Assembly (NCBI GenBank): GCA_951406725.2
Contig: OX597828.1
Span: 26,846,001-26,910,000 of the forward strand
Direction: 5' to 3'
From: Octopus vulgaris
Taxonomy: Eukaryota
DNA length: 64,000 nucleotides
Shown here: piece after piece, positions 1-13,260 of the stretch
Layout: each line of letters starts with the position of its first letter
Numbering within the stretch: the first letter of the stretch is position 1
Translations under genes and position numbers: made by a program
Notes under the pieces: generated by a model
Database searches by the model: none
What the model was told of the DNA's origin: nothing
Seen by the model: the letters and a program-made list of their open reading frames with translations, nothing else

Positions 1-288
1 ACAAGATATAACAACAACAACAACAACAACCAAAAAATATGAATAAATAAATAAATAAATAAACTTAAGAGGAAAGAAAACAAAAAAATTGCATCATGAA
101 AAAAAAAATGAAATAAATATGTAAACAAAAAAATTAATATAAATTTTTACTTGGAAATAAAGAGTACTTTAGTTTAAATTTCATCAGAAAAATCCTACCA
201 GTAGTTAGCAATGAAAGCAGTGCAACAGTGTACTTAAAAAGAAATATATTGCTGCTGCTGCTGCCACTGCTGCTACCACCACCACAAT

Positions 289-324
<36 letters not shown>

Positions 325-684
325 ATCTGGCTCTACTATACTTTGGTTAATGTCTTCTGTTAATTTGATTTCAGTCTAACTCTTACAAGCAGAAACTGAT
401 GCCAAAATGGAATGGGTTTAACCTTTGCACCTGTCGGCGTTGTTTTTCTTTTTTTTTTTCTTTTTTTTTTTTGTCTTCTGAATGAGTAACACGTTTATTC
501 AAGTATAGAATTATTCCTGCAGATCTCCCACTTTCACTTTGTGTGTGTGTGTGTATTGTGGACAAATGAAAGAAGAGACACTCTATGTAGTGTTAAATAT
601 TTTAAGGGTCATCACAGGAACCTAGCTTATTGGCCATATATTTGGCCAACTGAGTTGGACAAGCTACATTCCTGTGACACACAC

Positions 685-744
685 CTGTGAAACTTTAAGT
701 TGCATGGGGCCAAATCAAATTGTTTTTAAATAATAATAATAATC

Positions 745-785
<41 letters not shown>

Positions 786-844
786 ATTATTATTATTATT
801 TAAAAACAATTTGATTTGGCCCCAGGCAACTTAAAGTTTCACAG
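685..844. repeat. Inverted repeat, arms about 63 bp, centred on (TA)n
   Basis: 685-747 is the reverse complement of 782-844 with one mismatch. Confidence 0.95.
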
Positions 845-930
845 AGGATATTTTGTAGATAAGTTTCCTCTATTTGCATAATATTGAGGTTTCTTTATTT
901 CTTGTCATCTTACCGCTTTTACCAATATAT

Positions 931-969
<39 letters not shown>

Positions 970-972
<3 letters not shown>

Positions 973-1295
973 CGTGGCTGTGTGGTAAGAGGCTTGCTTC
1001 CCAACTACATGGTTCCAGGTTCAGTCCCACTGCGTGACACCTTGGGCAAGTGTCTTCTACTTTAGCTTGAGACTGACCAAAGCCTTGTGAGTGGATTTGG
1101 TAGACTGAAACTGAAAGCCCATAGTGTGTGTGTGTGTTCATGTCTTTGTCCCCTACAACCGCTTGAAACTGGTGTTGGTGTGTTTACATCTCTGTAAAGA
1201 AAACTGATAGAATAAGTACTAGGTTTGACTAAGGAACCTTTCAAGGATGTGCCCCAGCATGGCTACAGTGATGGGAGTGAAATAAATAAAAGATA
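970..1295 (+). mobile_element. SINE family 1, diverged
   Basis: Aligns with 24909-25315. Confidence 0.85.
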
Positions 1296-1352
1296 AATTA
1301 TATATGTCCAACCCATGCTAGCATGGAGAACGGACGTTAAACGATGATGATG

Positions 1353-1399
<47 letters not shown>

Positions 1400-1404
1400 T
1401 ATAG

Positions 1405-1594
1405 TTAATCCAAACATGAAAGCACAAAAAAACACAACAACGCGAGGACGTGGAACAAATATAGTATTATTAGATGCTCAGGAAAGAAGGAGGGTTTAAC
1501 GTTTCGAGCAGAGCTCTTCGTCAGAAACATAGGAGAAGGAAAGATCCAGAGAAGGGAAGACAGAGGAAAGAAATCGCCAACGGTAAACATGCGG

Positions 1595-1600
<6 letters not shown>
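1405..1600 (-). mobile_element. Short non-coding HHR-bearing element (Penelope pLTR-like or retrozyme-like) between (TA)n tracts
   Basis: About 195 bp of complex sequence flanked by (TA)n on both sides, with a central hammerhead. The tcctgagcat..taata motif downstream of the HHR is shared with the elements at 22.5 and 55.9 kb. Confidence 0.65.
1494..1528 (-). ncRNA. Minimal type I hammerhead ribozyme, canonical core (Penelope-type)
   Basis: Minus strand reads gttt-CTGACGA-a-GAGC-tct-GCTC-GAAA-C-G-TT-aaac: 4-bp stem I, 4-bp stem II, palindromic AACGTT stem III, GUU cleavage triplet. Confidence 0.85.
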
Positions 1601-1644
<44 letters not shown>

Positions 1645-1860
1645 GTGTGTGTAGTAGAATACTAAGATAAACACACTAGAATAGATATTTCGTTCCTATG
1701 TACTTTTCCATGCTTTCCTGGGTCAGAGGAAGTTTATTGAGACAGATTTTCTACATCTGGATGTCCTACCTGTTTCCAGGTGAGCTAATATTTCCTCACG
1801 GTCTGGAATAGTGGAAATGAATAACATTGATTTATAAGTCGTGCAATGTCAAGAGAAAGA

Positions 1861-2284
1861 CACACACACATACCATCATAATAATATGTTTAGAAAATTA
1901 CTATTTGTGGATCTCAACACAAGTGATATTCAGCAACAGTACTTTGAAGTAAAGATTATTTGCCAACATAACATGGCAGTCCTGGTTTAGGACAAATGTT
2001 GCTGTAATTTAGCCCCAGGAGACATAATCTCCAGCTGACTATATGACACAATCTGTGTTCTTATATTCCCTTGTTAGAAATTATAAGGACACAGATTGTG
2101 TCATATAGCCAGATGGAGATTATGTCTCCTGGGGCTAAATTACAGCAACATTCGTCCTAAACCAGGACTGCCATGTTATGTTGGCAAATAATCTTTACTC
2201 CAAGGTACTGTTGCTGAATTCTCTTGCGTTGAGATCCACAAATAGTAATTTTCTAAACATATTATTATGATGGTGTGTGTGTGT
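1861..2284. repeat. Long inverted repeat, arms about 200 bp, spacer about 18 bp
   Basis: 1861-2064 versus reverse complement of 2083-2284: about 10 differences counted by eye. Confidence 0.95.
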
Positions 2285-3799
2285 ATATATCATCATCATC
2301 ATCTTGTTAAAATTATTCGACAACGATGATGTCTCACTTCACATTCATCTCCCTCAACCCCACCCCACCCAACTCGTCTTTGTAATGTTTCGTTGGTTCT
2401 CAGTAATTTTGAAGAATGTAAAATCAATTTTCTGGTCACCTGGTTGTGACCTCCACTTGACAAACCAATATGTGATCACCTAAAACTGCCTTTAACCTAG
2501 TAAGCCCCCCACGATACTTCCCCACACACACACACCCTGCTGCCACCACCTCTGCCACTGCGTCATTTGCAACCCTAACTCATCTTCCATTGTAACACAT
2601 AATTTTCACTTATTTTACTTAACCATTTATTTATTTAGTTTGTTGCCATTGATTCTTTTTGGCGGGGTGGGGATGATTTAGAAGGATGCTGGGGAGTGGA
2701 GGTGGAGTTTGAGGCATGTCGCTTCTTCACGACCATAATCAATCGACAAGCTAGATCATGCTCATATCTGACACTGGCGTCACCGTTCTTAGTGATCTTA
2801 GAACCTGCAATGACTAGACTTTGCTGTTTAGTCGTGTCAAGAGGTTACACGGGTTGGTGTGAAGAGGAGGAAGAGATGGAGAAATAAAGATTATTATACA
2901 GTGTAAAAGAGGAGGAGGAGGAAGAGAGAGGCACAAGTGTATACACTTCGTTTAAGGGGCTTTCATCTTTCATTTGTTTCGTTCATTGCACTGTGGCCAT
3001 GCTGGGGCACTACCTTGAAGGAGTTTAGTTGAACCAATCAACCTCAGTACTTATTGGTTTTATGCCAGGTACTTATTCTATTAATCTACACAGACACATG
3101 TGATGGGCTTCTTTCAGTTTCCACCAGCTAGATCCACTCACAAGGCATTGGTTGACCCAGGGCTATAGTAGAAAACACATGACCCAAAATATTGTAGAAA
3201 AGTGAAATCACACAAGATTAAAAAGGTTGCAATGATCCGACAGGATGCTTTTTGTGACAGTCAGTACCTCACAGTATCATTTTTGATAATCCTCCTATGT
3301 TGTCTAAAGGCCTCGAATTTAGGGTGTTGTACTCATAATTGTAAGATCACAGTTTCAGTTTCCAGGAAGGGCAGTGCATCAGCAATTTATTTCATGTTGC
3401 CTCAGCCCACTCAGCTGTAGGTGAGTTTCAACAATAGGTAGGAAGTTAACCCTGCCATGAGCTGGCATCCAGTCCTCATTCACTTGAACCTCGTGGAGAC
3501 TGCATTGAACTCTGGCTGGTTGGAGCTTTTGGCCTCATGACAGGCCTGTCTAAATCACCTATGTTAGACTCATAAGGTCGCAGTTTCAATTCCTGGACTG
3601 GATAATGCATTGCGTTCTTGAGCAAGACACTTCATTTCCTGTTGCTTCAGTTTACTCAGCTGCAAATGAGTTCTAGAACCCATTACTTACTTCTTCCTTA
3701 GCCTGGTGCTTACTCTACCAGTTTCTTTTGCTGAACCACTAAGTTATGGTGATGTAAATACACCAACAGTGGTTGTCAACCAGTGGGGGGGGAGAGTCA

Positions 3800-3904
3800 A
3801 TAAGTATCAGTCATGTACTGGGGCTGATGCAACTGACTGTCACCCTCCCTCCCAAATTTCAGACCTTGTGCCTATAATAGAAGGACCTGTTGTTGTTATT
3901 ATTA

Positions 3905-3935
<31 letters not shown>

Positions 3936-4150
3936 AAGAAGGCAAGTTGGCAGACTCGTTAGCATGTCAGATGAAATGCTTAGTGGTATTTCATCTGTCT
4001 TCACGTTCTAGGTTCAAATTCTGCCATGGTTGACCTTTCATTCTTTTGGGGTTGATGAAATAAGTACCAGTTGTGTACTGGGCTCAATGTAATCGACTCA
4101 TCCCCTCCTCCAAAATTGCTGCCCTTGTGGCAAAATTTGAAACCATTATT
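3800..4150 (+). mobile_element. SINE family 2, partial plus full copy separated by (ATT)n
   Basis: Same motifs as 29399-29626. Confidence 0.75.
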
Positions 4151-5594
4151 ACTATTATTATTATTATTATTATTATTATTATGAAGTTGTGTGCCTATGG
4201 TAAAAAGGATTATTGCAATTATTCAGTTTTGCATTATGGTTTAAACCTTAATGTCCCCCCGCCCCAGTGCCTCCTCCACCAGTGCCCATTTGCTCCAAAA
4301 TTCCCCCCACGAGCTCCAAATGGTCCTGAATAGTGGAGTGGTTGGGAGGGGGGTGCATATGGCCCTCATTGGAAACCTTTGGTTTAAAGGATGACTATGC
4401 CAAGTTATTTTACAGTATATCTTATTTCGTTGTATTAAGTATGAAACTAAATAGTAAAGCCTATTTCCTTACTACTACTGCTACTACTACTACTACTACC
4501 ATCACTGCAGTGAATATTGTGTAGTTGCTTCTGTCCCAAATGATGATGCACCATTTTTGATGATGGAAACGAAAAGGTGCCGGAACTGTTGAGTGCAAGC
4601 AGGTGTGCAGGTATGTGCATAATGTATGCATGAAGGTGTGTTTGTGTGTGTGTGTGTGTATGCATTATATACAGGCCTGTATGTGTGTATAGGGTGTGTG
4701 GCAGGTAATTAGCTGCTAAAAATGGGATCTGCATTTCGGTTTTCTTGTCAACAGTATTCTTGGGAAGCGTGGCAGCAATGCGCTGCGGTGATATTTCCTG
4801 CACAGATCCTCTTGGTATATTATTATACAAGCATTCCTAAAATGGTAAAAAAAAAAAAATAAAAAATTAAAAAATTAAAAAAAAGCACAAATGTAAAAAA
4901 CAAAAAAAAAAAACTATCATCATCATCATTTTCAACATCAGCAAAAAGAAAACTGAACATTAAAAATAAAAATATTAAAAAATTGCAGCAAAAATATGAA
5001 ATAAAATCCTTAAACAAATATACATGCCCCCACCCACCCCTCACATTCTACACTTCCACTCTAAGAAAAAAAAACCCCCCGAAAAATATAGAAAGTAAAA
5101 ATACTTGTTAATACAAGTAAAAAATACATATATATCAAAAGGAAAACAAACTACAACAACAACAACAAAAAGCTTCAAACTACACAAACATGTAATGTTG
5201 CTCCATTTTGTAGCGATACAGGTGTAGAATGAGGTAAGCACTGTTAGGATGCCAAGGAGAGAAGAAGAAGGTGGTTGCAGGGGGGTGGGGTTGTGGGGAG
5301 AAAAGGTGCAGGAAGAGAGAGGTAGTATAGAGATGGTGGGTAATGGTGGTAGTGAAGGCAGGTGGATCATAGGGCGGTAGATGAATGAAAGTGTGTGTGT
5401 GTGTGTGTGTTGAAAGCTGAAGCTGAAGGAACCTAGAAGAAAGAAGTTTAAAAGATGCTATCGTCAAGTCTTGACATAGCTGAGTAGAGTATGAGTGTGT
5501 ATGTATAGGTGTTCGTATGTGTAGTTATGTATGTGGATCTATGTATATGTGCATGTATGTATGTATACACACAAATACATGTATATAGGTATGC

Positions 5595-5860
5595 ATTATA
5601 TATATATATATATATATGCATATATATATATATATATGCATATATATATATATATATCATATATATATATATATATGCATATATATATATATATGCATCT
5701 ATATATATATATGCATCTATATATATATATATATATGCATCTATATATATATATATATATGCATCTATATATATATATATATATATGCATCTATATATAT
5801 ATATATATATGCATCTATATATATATATATATATGCATCTATATATATATATGTATATAT
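5595..5860. repeat. (TA)n tract punctuated by gcat/gcatc
   Basis: Directly visible. Confidence 0.9.
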
Positions 5861-6045
5861 AGGTAGGTATACACACACATATATATATGTATATGTATGT
5901 ATATCATCATCATCATTGTTTAACGTCCGTTCTCCATGCTAGCATGGGTTGGACTGTTCGACCGGGGATCTGGGAAGCCAGAAGGCTGCACCAGGCTCCA
6001 GTCTTATCTGGCAGTGTTTCTATAGCTGGATGCCCTTCCTAATGC

Positions 6046-6088
<43 letters not shown>

Positions 6089-6258
6089 ATGTATGTATTA
6101 TATATTGGCCTGGTACATAATTATTGCAGCTTTTTTTCAACAAATTTTATTCGACAAAAACAATGACAAACATATCTTTAAATGATTATTCCGGAGCATA
6201 TTCACCATCTACTTCAATTACTGCTTCCCATTTGCTTGGCAGATGGTCAGATCGTCAT

Positions 6259-6487
6259 TTAACCCTTTAGCATTTAAACCGGCCCATATCCGGCCCAAAT
6301 TTTCTTCTTCTTTTATGTTCAAACCATCTAGATCTGGCCTCTCACTCATAGCCTACAATGCCATCCTCAAAATAAACCATCACATCATCAAATTCTCAGA
6401 ACTACAAGATAATGCAGGATTAATTCAAAACAATATAAATAAACAAACATCATATTTGACAGAATAATCTGAACACTAAAGGGTTAA
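6259..6487 (+). mobile_element. TTAA-specific (piggyBac-type) MITE family A
   Basis: TTAA-ccctttag...ctaaaggg-TTAA. Confidence 0.85.
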
Positions 6488-7748
6488 AGATGTTTTTGTT
6501 AAATATTGTTATTGTTTTTGTTGAATAAAATTTGTTGGAAAAAAGCCTCAATAATTATGCACCAACCCTATATATATATATTATGTATGTAAAAAGTATT
6601 GCACGTGTATGTATCTGTGTTGTGTGCTTCTATGTATGTGGGTCTGCACATTTATATATGTGTTTGTGTATATTTGCATGTGTTCATATGTATGTGTGTG
6701 TATATATATACACATGTTAGCATGCATGTATCCATATATTTTTTTGTATAGAATCACATTAACTATTTAGCACTTAAATGGCTATATGGCCAAAATATTC
6801 TACCTGTCATATGTTCAGACTGGCATCTTATACCTGCCTTACATGTTATTCTAAACATATACATCCACATCATTGATGAAATTTTCAAGATAGTGATTGA
6901 TTAATTGAAATAATTACATTTGACAGGATAATCTGAATGCTAAAATGTTAAACCTGTTAAATTGAAATGAAACAGGGTTCAATAATGTTTTCAAATTTTT
7001 AACTTGTGTATTGTTGATTTTCTAAAGCTGGTCTTGTTAGCCACCAAAGGCTACATGAACTAAAGGAAGCCTATAATAAATCTTCACCATACATGTGCTA
7101 ATAATTTAATGAAGGTTGTCTTTTTACTGGTAGTCTGAAGAGACACATATTTGCACATAGTTGTCATGATTCTGCATTGCATCTAACTGAGAAGAGACAT
7201 TTACGTCAGCTGGGTTACAAATTCATCTTTGCTTTAACATTTAACTAACGGTGACTGTTACACACACACACAATCACACACACACACAAACATTTGTGGA
7301 GGGTTAGGTGATGTCATATAGCTTCTTGTTATCGTTGACAATTTATTTGGTGAGGAGATTCCTGTTCATTTGAGCTGTTCCCAGAATCAGTTTGGCATCT
7401 CAGGAAGGTAATCACACTGGTGGTGAAGATGACCTGATTTTCAAAAAAAACACTTTGACACAAATATGTCAGGTGGAATGAGAAAACCAGTCATGATTGC
7501 ACCGTTGGAAGAATTAAACAGGTTTGCATGTCTGTGTGTATGTATGGATGGTGAAGGTGTCTAGTTGTTCTCCTTTAATTCTCTACCATTTTTGCCTTGT
7601 GAATCTTGGTCTCTTTAACTCTCAGCTGGATACTTTCTGCAGATACATTAATTGAAGATGTTACATTAAACAAAACTAGTTATTTCTGCACCCGATATCT
7701 TTTTCAAATATATATGCATACACACACACACACCTATATATATATATA

Positions 7749-7926
7749 CTTTATTTAAAAGCAGCAGAAATTTAACAAAAGCTGTTACTCAGAGTTTCAT
7801 GTTCCCGTTACTCCGAGTAACAGCTTTTGTTAAATTTCTGCTGCTTTTAAATAAAGCATATTACTCTACCTCTGGTATTTGAGTACTCTTTTATCCACCT
7901 TGTTTCACATTTATGTGTTTACTCTG

Positions 7927-7927
<1 letters not shown>
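7749..7927 (+). mobile_element. Fold-back element (perfect 42-bp arms, 7749-7790 and 7815-7856) plus a tail of about 70 nt; partial HHR at the turn
   Basis: Arms are directly visible. Minus strand has GAAA-CTCTGAG-TA-acag. Tail ctacctctggtatttgagtactc...tccaccttgttt is shared with 49830-49872. Confidence 0.7.
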
Positions 7928-7992
<65 letters not shown>

Positions 7993-8149
7993 TCATCATC
8001 ATCGTTTAACGTCCGTTTTCCGTGCTAGCATGGGTTGGATGGTTCGACCGGGGTCTGGGAAGCCAGTGGCTGCACCAGGCTCCAGTCTGATCTGGCAGAG
8101 TTTCTACAGCTGGATGCCCTTCCTAACGCCAACCACTCCGCGAGTGTAA

Positions 8150-8187
<38 letters not shown>

Positions 8188-9198
8188 ATATATATATATA
8201 ACCCATGCTAGCATGGAAAACGGACGTTAAATGATGATATATATATATATGATTATAAACTTCTAGTGAATATGAAATTATTATTTTTCTTTGGAATGGC
8301 TTAGCTCAAAGTAAATAAAGCTATAAATATTCGGTTAAAACTGCTTTGGGTAGAAAGAGTCAAAAAACAAAGATTGGAATCTATGGAACCATTTTAATAC
8401 TGTAGTTTCACATACTGTGGCACATGGGAAAAGATCTAAATGTATGGATATATTTTATCATGAATCTATTATATTCATATTATTATTATTATTATTAATA
8501 TTAGTTTCTGATTTTGACACAAGGCCAGCAATTTTGCTTGTGTTCATTTTCTATGTTGATATAAGGTACTGACATCCAGATACTATAGAAACCATGCCAA
8601 AACAGATATTGGAGTTTGACACTGCCCTCTGGTTTTCCAAATCTAAGATATATAACACCCCACCCCCTGAGGACTACTGGTCATTTAGAATTTCTTAAAA
8701 TATTGGAGAGAGGGTAATTAACCAGGCCGGTGGGGGGTGGGGGTGTAATTGTCCTAGGGTGTAGTTGTTGTCCTGATACAGGTTTTTCAGCTCCTCTTAT
8801 AAATTCCAACTCATGCCAGCATAGAAAAGAAGGACAGTTGATTACATCAATCAACCTCTAATTGGTACTTATTTTATTGACCCCAAAAGGATGAAGGGTA
8901 AAGTTGACCTTAGCAGCATTTGAACTCAGAACATGAGGACAGACAACATGTCGCTATGTGTGCTAACGGTTCTGCCAGCTTGCCATAAAACATGTTTCCC
9001 ATGTTGTATTGAAATGAAAATGCTACCATAAATTCAAGTCCTTTTTGTAATAAATTCTTGCTCAGCTGATAATATACTTGACCAGAAATTTCAGTTTGTA
9101 CGATTTTATCATTTAAAATAAAACATCTTCATACTCAGAATTGATAACCAGAGTCCTCAGTCAAATCATCCAACCCATGCTAGCGTGGAAAGCGGACA

Positions 9199-9425
9199 TT
9201 AACCCTTTAGTGTTCAGATTATTCTATCAAACATAATGCTTATTGATTCCCATTGATTTGAATTAATCATGCATTTTCTCATATCTTCAAGATCTTGATG
9301 GTGTAATTACTTAATGTAGAATAACATTGTAGGGTAGGTGTGATAGCCTGGATCTGGTCAGTTTGAACATAAAACAGATTAGCTATTTTGGCCGGATATG
9401 GCCGGTTTAAATACTAAAGGGTTAA
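9199..9425 (-). mobile_element. TTAA MITE family A inserted in a family 3 tail
   Basis: TTAA duplicated; the host reads gcggacaTTAAatgatgatg once the element is removed. Confidence 0.9.
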
Positions 9426-12034
9426 ATGATGATGATGATGAACACACAGATTTGCTACACAAGGACACAGCTTGGATCATAAACCCTTCTGTATCCTTTG
9501 TGTTTCCTATGTGTGTGTATTTTAATATTTTAATTTTATGTTTCAACACTTTTCTGATATCAATAAATTTTTGGTGGTGGTGGTGGCGGTGGTTGTGGTG
9601 GTGTTATTTTATATATTTATTTATTTGTTTGTTTGTTTGGCTTTCTTTCTTATTAGTGTCATGTTTGATGTTTCTGTAAATTGCAATTTTTGTTGGAATT
9701 TAGCAGAGACAGACATGTTGTAATCCTTGTGTAAGACAAGTGGGTTTTCTTTTGGCATAATAATTAGATTCACATAGATTCATTCACTTATATTTTGAAA
9801 CCATTTTAGCGCTGTATCAGCATCCCTATAAATACAACCTTAGCTGATTGGTTCTATGTAATGCTCCAACAGTTAACTTCAGACATGTCTAGCAAGGTTC
9901 TAACATTATATGGCAATGGAATGTGGCACAGCACTTCCTTCTTCTTCTTCATCTACATTGCCATCATTGTTTGAACATCTATTTTGCTTCTCTTGCATGT
10001 GTAGATGCAGGTTATTGAAACAGATTTTCTACACTTGGATGCTCTTCCTGTCACCAACCCTCACTGTTTATCCATCCATCCATGTAACCTGCCAGCAGTC
10101 CCTCACTTCCTCTCTTCCTCATATACCCAGAGAGTTTTAACTCGACATCAACCATATCCATCTCTCTGATCTGGGACAATGGCTTACAAAGGTCCTAAAT
10201 TATGGCTGCTTATTCTCCTTATTTGATTAATAAATACCATATTTTCAGACCAAAATTTGCAGCCCTCCAAAATGCGAGGTTAACTTATACAGCAAGACAA
10301 TTTTAAAGAACCAAAAATTCCATGCGAAATGCTGCAGATTTTGGAAAAATTGTGATGATCTTTGATTGTTTACACACATTATATATTTCATCAACGTGTT
10401 TGCTGGAAAAAATTATAAAAATTATTTCTAGTAGAAGCACAACATCTGAAATTGGTCGGAGGAGGTTAGTTGAAGTTGATCCCTATTCTTGTTTCTTTGT
10501 GTATTTTATCAATCCTGGAGATGTGAAAACCAAAGTTGATCTGGAAGAGATTTAAACTGAGAAACACAAAGGGACCAGAACAAATACTGCAAGAAATTTT
10601 CCTCAAAACTCTAATGATTGTACCAATCCACTAATGTAATCAGGGTGGATTAATAACATTCACCCTGATTAACTATTATTAATGGGGTCTTATCTTGTGA
10701 GTTACTTGATGACCTTGTTAATGTTGGTGCTATGTTGATTCACTCTGTAAAGTTGTTGATATAAGGAACTGACATCCAGATACTATAGAAACCATGCCAA
10801 AACAGATATTGGGGTTTGGCACTGCCCTCTGGTTTTCCTAATCTAGGACATATAATACCCCCCACCCCAAGGACATCATCATCATCATTTAACATCCGCT
10901 TTCCATGCTAGCATGGGTTGGACGACATTGACTGAGGGCTGGTGAGTCAGATGGCTGCATCAGGCTCCAATCTTGATCTGGCAGAGTTTCTACAACTGGA
11001 TGCCCTTCCTAACGCCAACCACTCCGAGAGTGTAGTGGGTGCTTTTTACACATGCCACCGGCACAGGTGCCAGTGAAGCGACAATTTCTTGAAATATTGG
11101 AGAGGGGGTAATTAACGGGAGATGGGGGTTAATTGTCCTAGGGTGTAGTTGTTGTTGAGGGTAATTGTCCTCATACAGGTTTTCCAATTCATGCCAGCAT
11201 AGAAAATGGAAGGTTAATGATGATGATGATTTTGTTTTCTAGAGAAGCAAATTGGTAAAATTGTTAGAGTTTTGGAGAAAATTCCTTGTAGTATTTTTCC
11301 TGGCTCTTTACACTCTTACAGGCTACATAGTAGCCTCATCAATGCCAGTTTCCTGCAAAATGCTCCCAGTGTATGCTGGAAAAGTTGTTGGTGTTAGGAA
11401 GTGCATCCTACAATAGAAACCATGTCAAAGCAGGTGACTGGAACTTGGTGCTATCCTCGAACCTATTGGATCCTACCAAACCATCTAACCCATGCCAGCA
11501 TGGAACACAGACATAAAAATGATGATGAGGAGGAGGAAGAGGAGGGATTTCAAATTCCACCAAAGTCAGCTTGGTCTTTCATTCTTCTTGGTACAATAAA
11601 CTCAAGTTGGTTTAATTATTTAGGTTCATACCGAGAGCCACCCATCCTGGGCTTACATTAAAAATTTTTTTTAATCGAGATTTTTTTTTTTTAATTCAAG
11701 GTAACCTATAGATTAGAGGTTCTTTGTTTAGTTGTCAAATGTTCTTATTGGTATATAAATACAAGAGAGAGAGAGAGAGAGGAACTCTAACTATTTACCG
11801 GCTTGAAATATCTGAAATGGAAACCATTTCCATAAAGACATGGTACCCAATCACATGATCTGAGAATCCTTATTAAAGATACTGTATCTTCTAATTCTCA
11901 ATCCACCCTGACTTGCTTCTTTCTTTCTATTACAATTCCTTGTGTTTCATGGCATTGTTTTGCTATCAATCTTTTACAAATACACAGAGCTCTCTTCAAT
12001 GTATGGTTGGCTTGCTAAGACTGACACTCGGTCC

Positions 12035-12089
<55 letters not shown>

Positions 12090-13199
12090 GTTATTATTAT
12101 TATTGTTATTATTATTGTTGTTGTTGTCGTTATCATTATTATTATTATCTGGTTTCTTCTTTCTCTTGGTTTCCAATCCATCTTTGTTTTGTAAACTGGT
12201 CTTGGAAAAAATGCTGCTGCTGTATATGTAAACAAACAGGATAATGTAAAAGAACTGTGTGAGTTTTTGAACAAAATCTATATGCTGTCGGAGAGAAACA
12301 AAACAAATTTGTAACCACAAAAGAATTTGGTAAAAATAAACTAACGTATAAAGCAAATAAATAAGCATAGAAATAAGTAAATAAATTATTTTAAAGAAAT
12401 ACTTGTTTGATTGGCTTGTTCTTTGTTATAAATTCTTACTCCTTCCACCAATTTCCCCCCCTCTCCTCCCCCCTCCCCCGTCTTTCCTTCCCACTGCCAT
12501 AGGAACACAAGTTTGAGAGTATCAGTAGTGAAATAAATAGAATTTGAAGAATACTGCACGAATGAAGGCAACCAAAAATTCCCATGTTGCATAGTTGGCG
12601 CCATAGTCTTTGGATGCAGAAAACTAAGAATGCGACATCTGGAGATCATAAGAAAGAAAGAAAGGAAGGAGAAGAAATGACTACAAATGATGAAGATTGC
12701 TTTCATTTCTTGTATAGGCTAAGATAGCTCTGTTATATAATGGACACCTCCAATTTGGTTATCAACCAGTTTTCGGTGAGGACAAAACCAGCAGGCCACA
12801 ATAATAGAAGGGGGGAAAAAAAAAAAAAAAAAGAAATAAGGAAAAGAAAACTCAGACATCGAAATTGTACCCAGTAACACTTCAGAAGTGATTTTGTTGA
12901 AAGAACCGTGCAAGAAGAACTAATTGCATTGCTTGCAGAGATTTAGTCATATGCGATCTTAATATTGGGTGGAAGGGGGTGGGGGGGGGTAAGTGTTCTG
13001 CTGTTACATTGACAGGCATTGAGAAGGGATGTTGTTTGACAAAGTAGTTGGGCTGAAGAAGAAGAAGAAGAAGACGACGACGAAGAAGAAGGAAAAATAT
13101 ATATATATATATATATTATGCTGAAAATATTATGATAAAGAAAAAGGAAAGAAAAAAAAGGAATTTTCAGAAAAAAAAACATCAACGCATTGATTACTA

Positions 13200-13260
<61 letters not shown>

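Noticed and set aside
2802-2846. Hairpin with a miR-279-like tgactaga start
   Set aside because: Only a 10-bp core stem, on the wrong arm, and the rest does not match.
4538-4595. Box C-like ATGATGA, possible snoRNA
   Set aside because: No box D (CTGA) or terminal stem at a suitable distance.
12587-12899. Partial matches to miR-153 (ttgcatagt) and miR-7 (agtgattttgttg)
   Set aside because: Short matches with no precursor hairpin.
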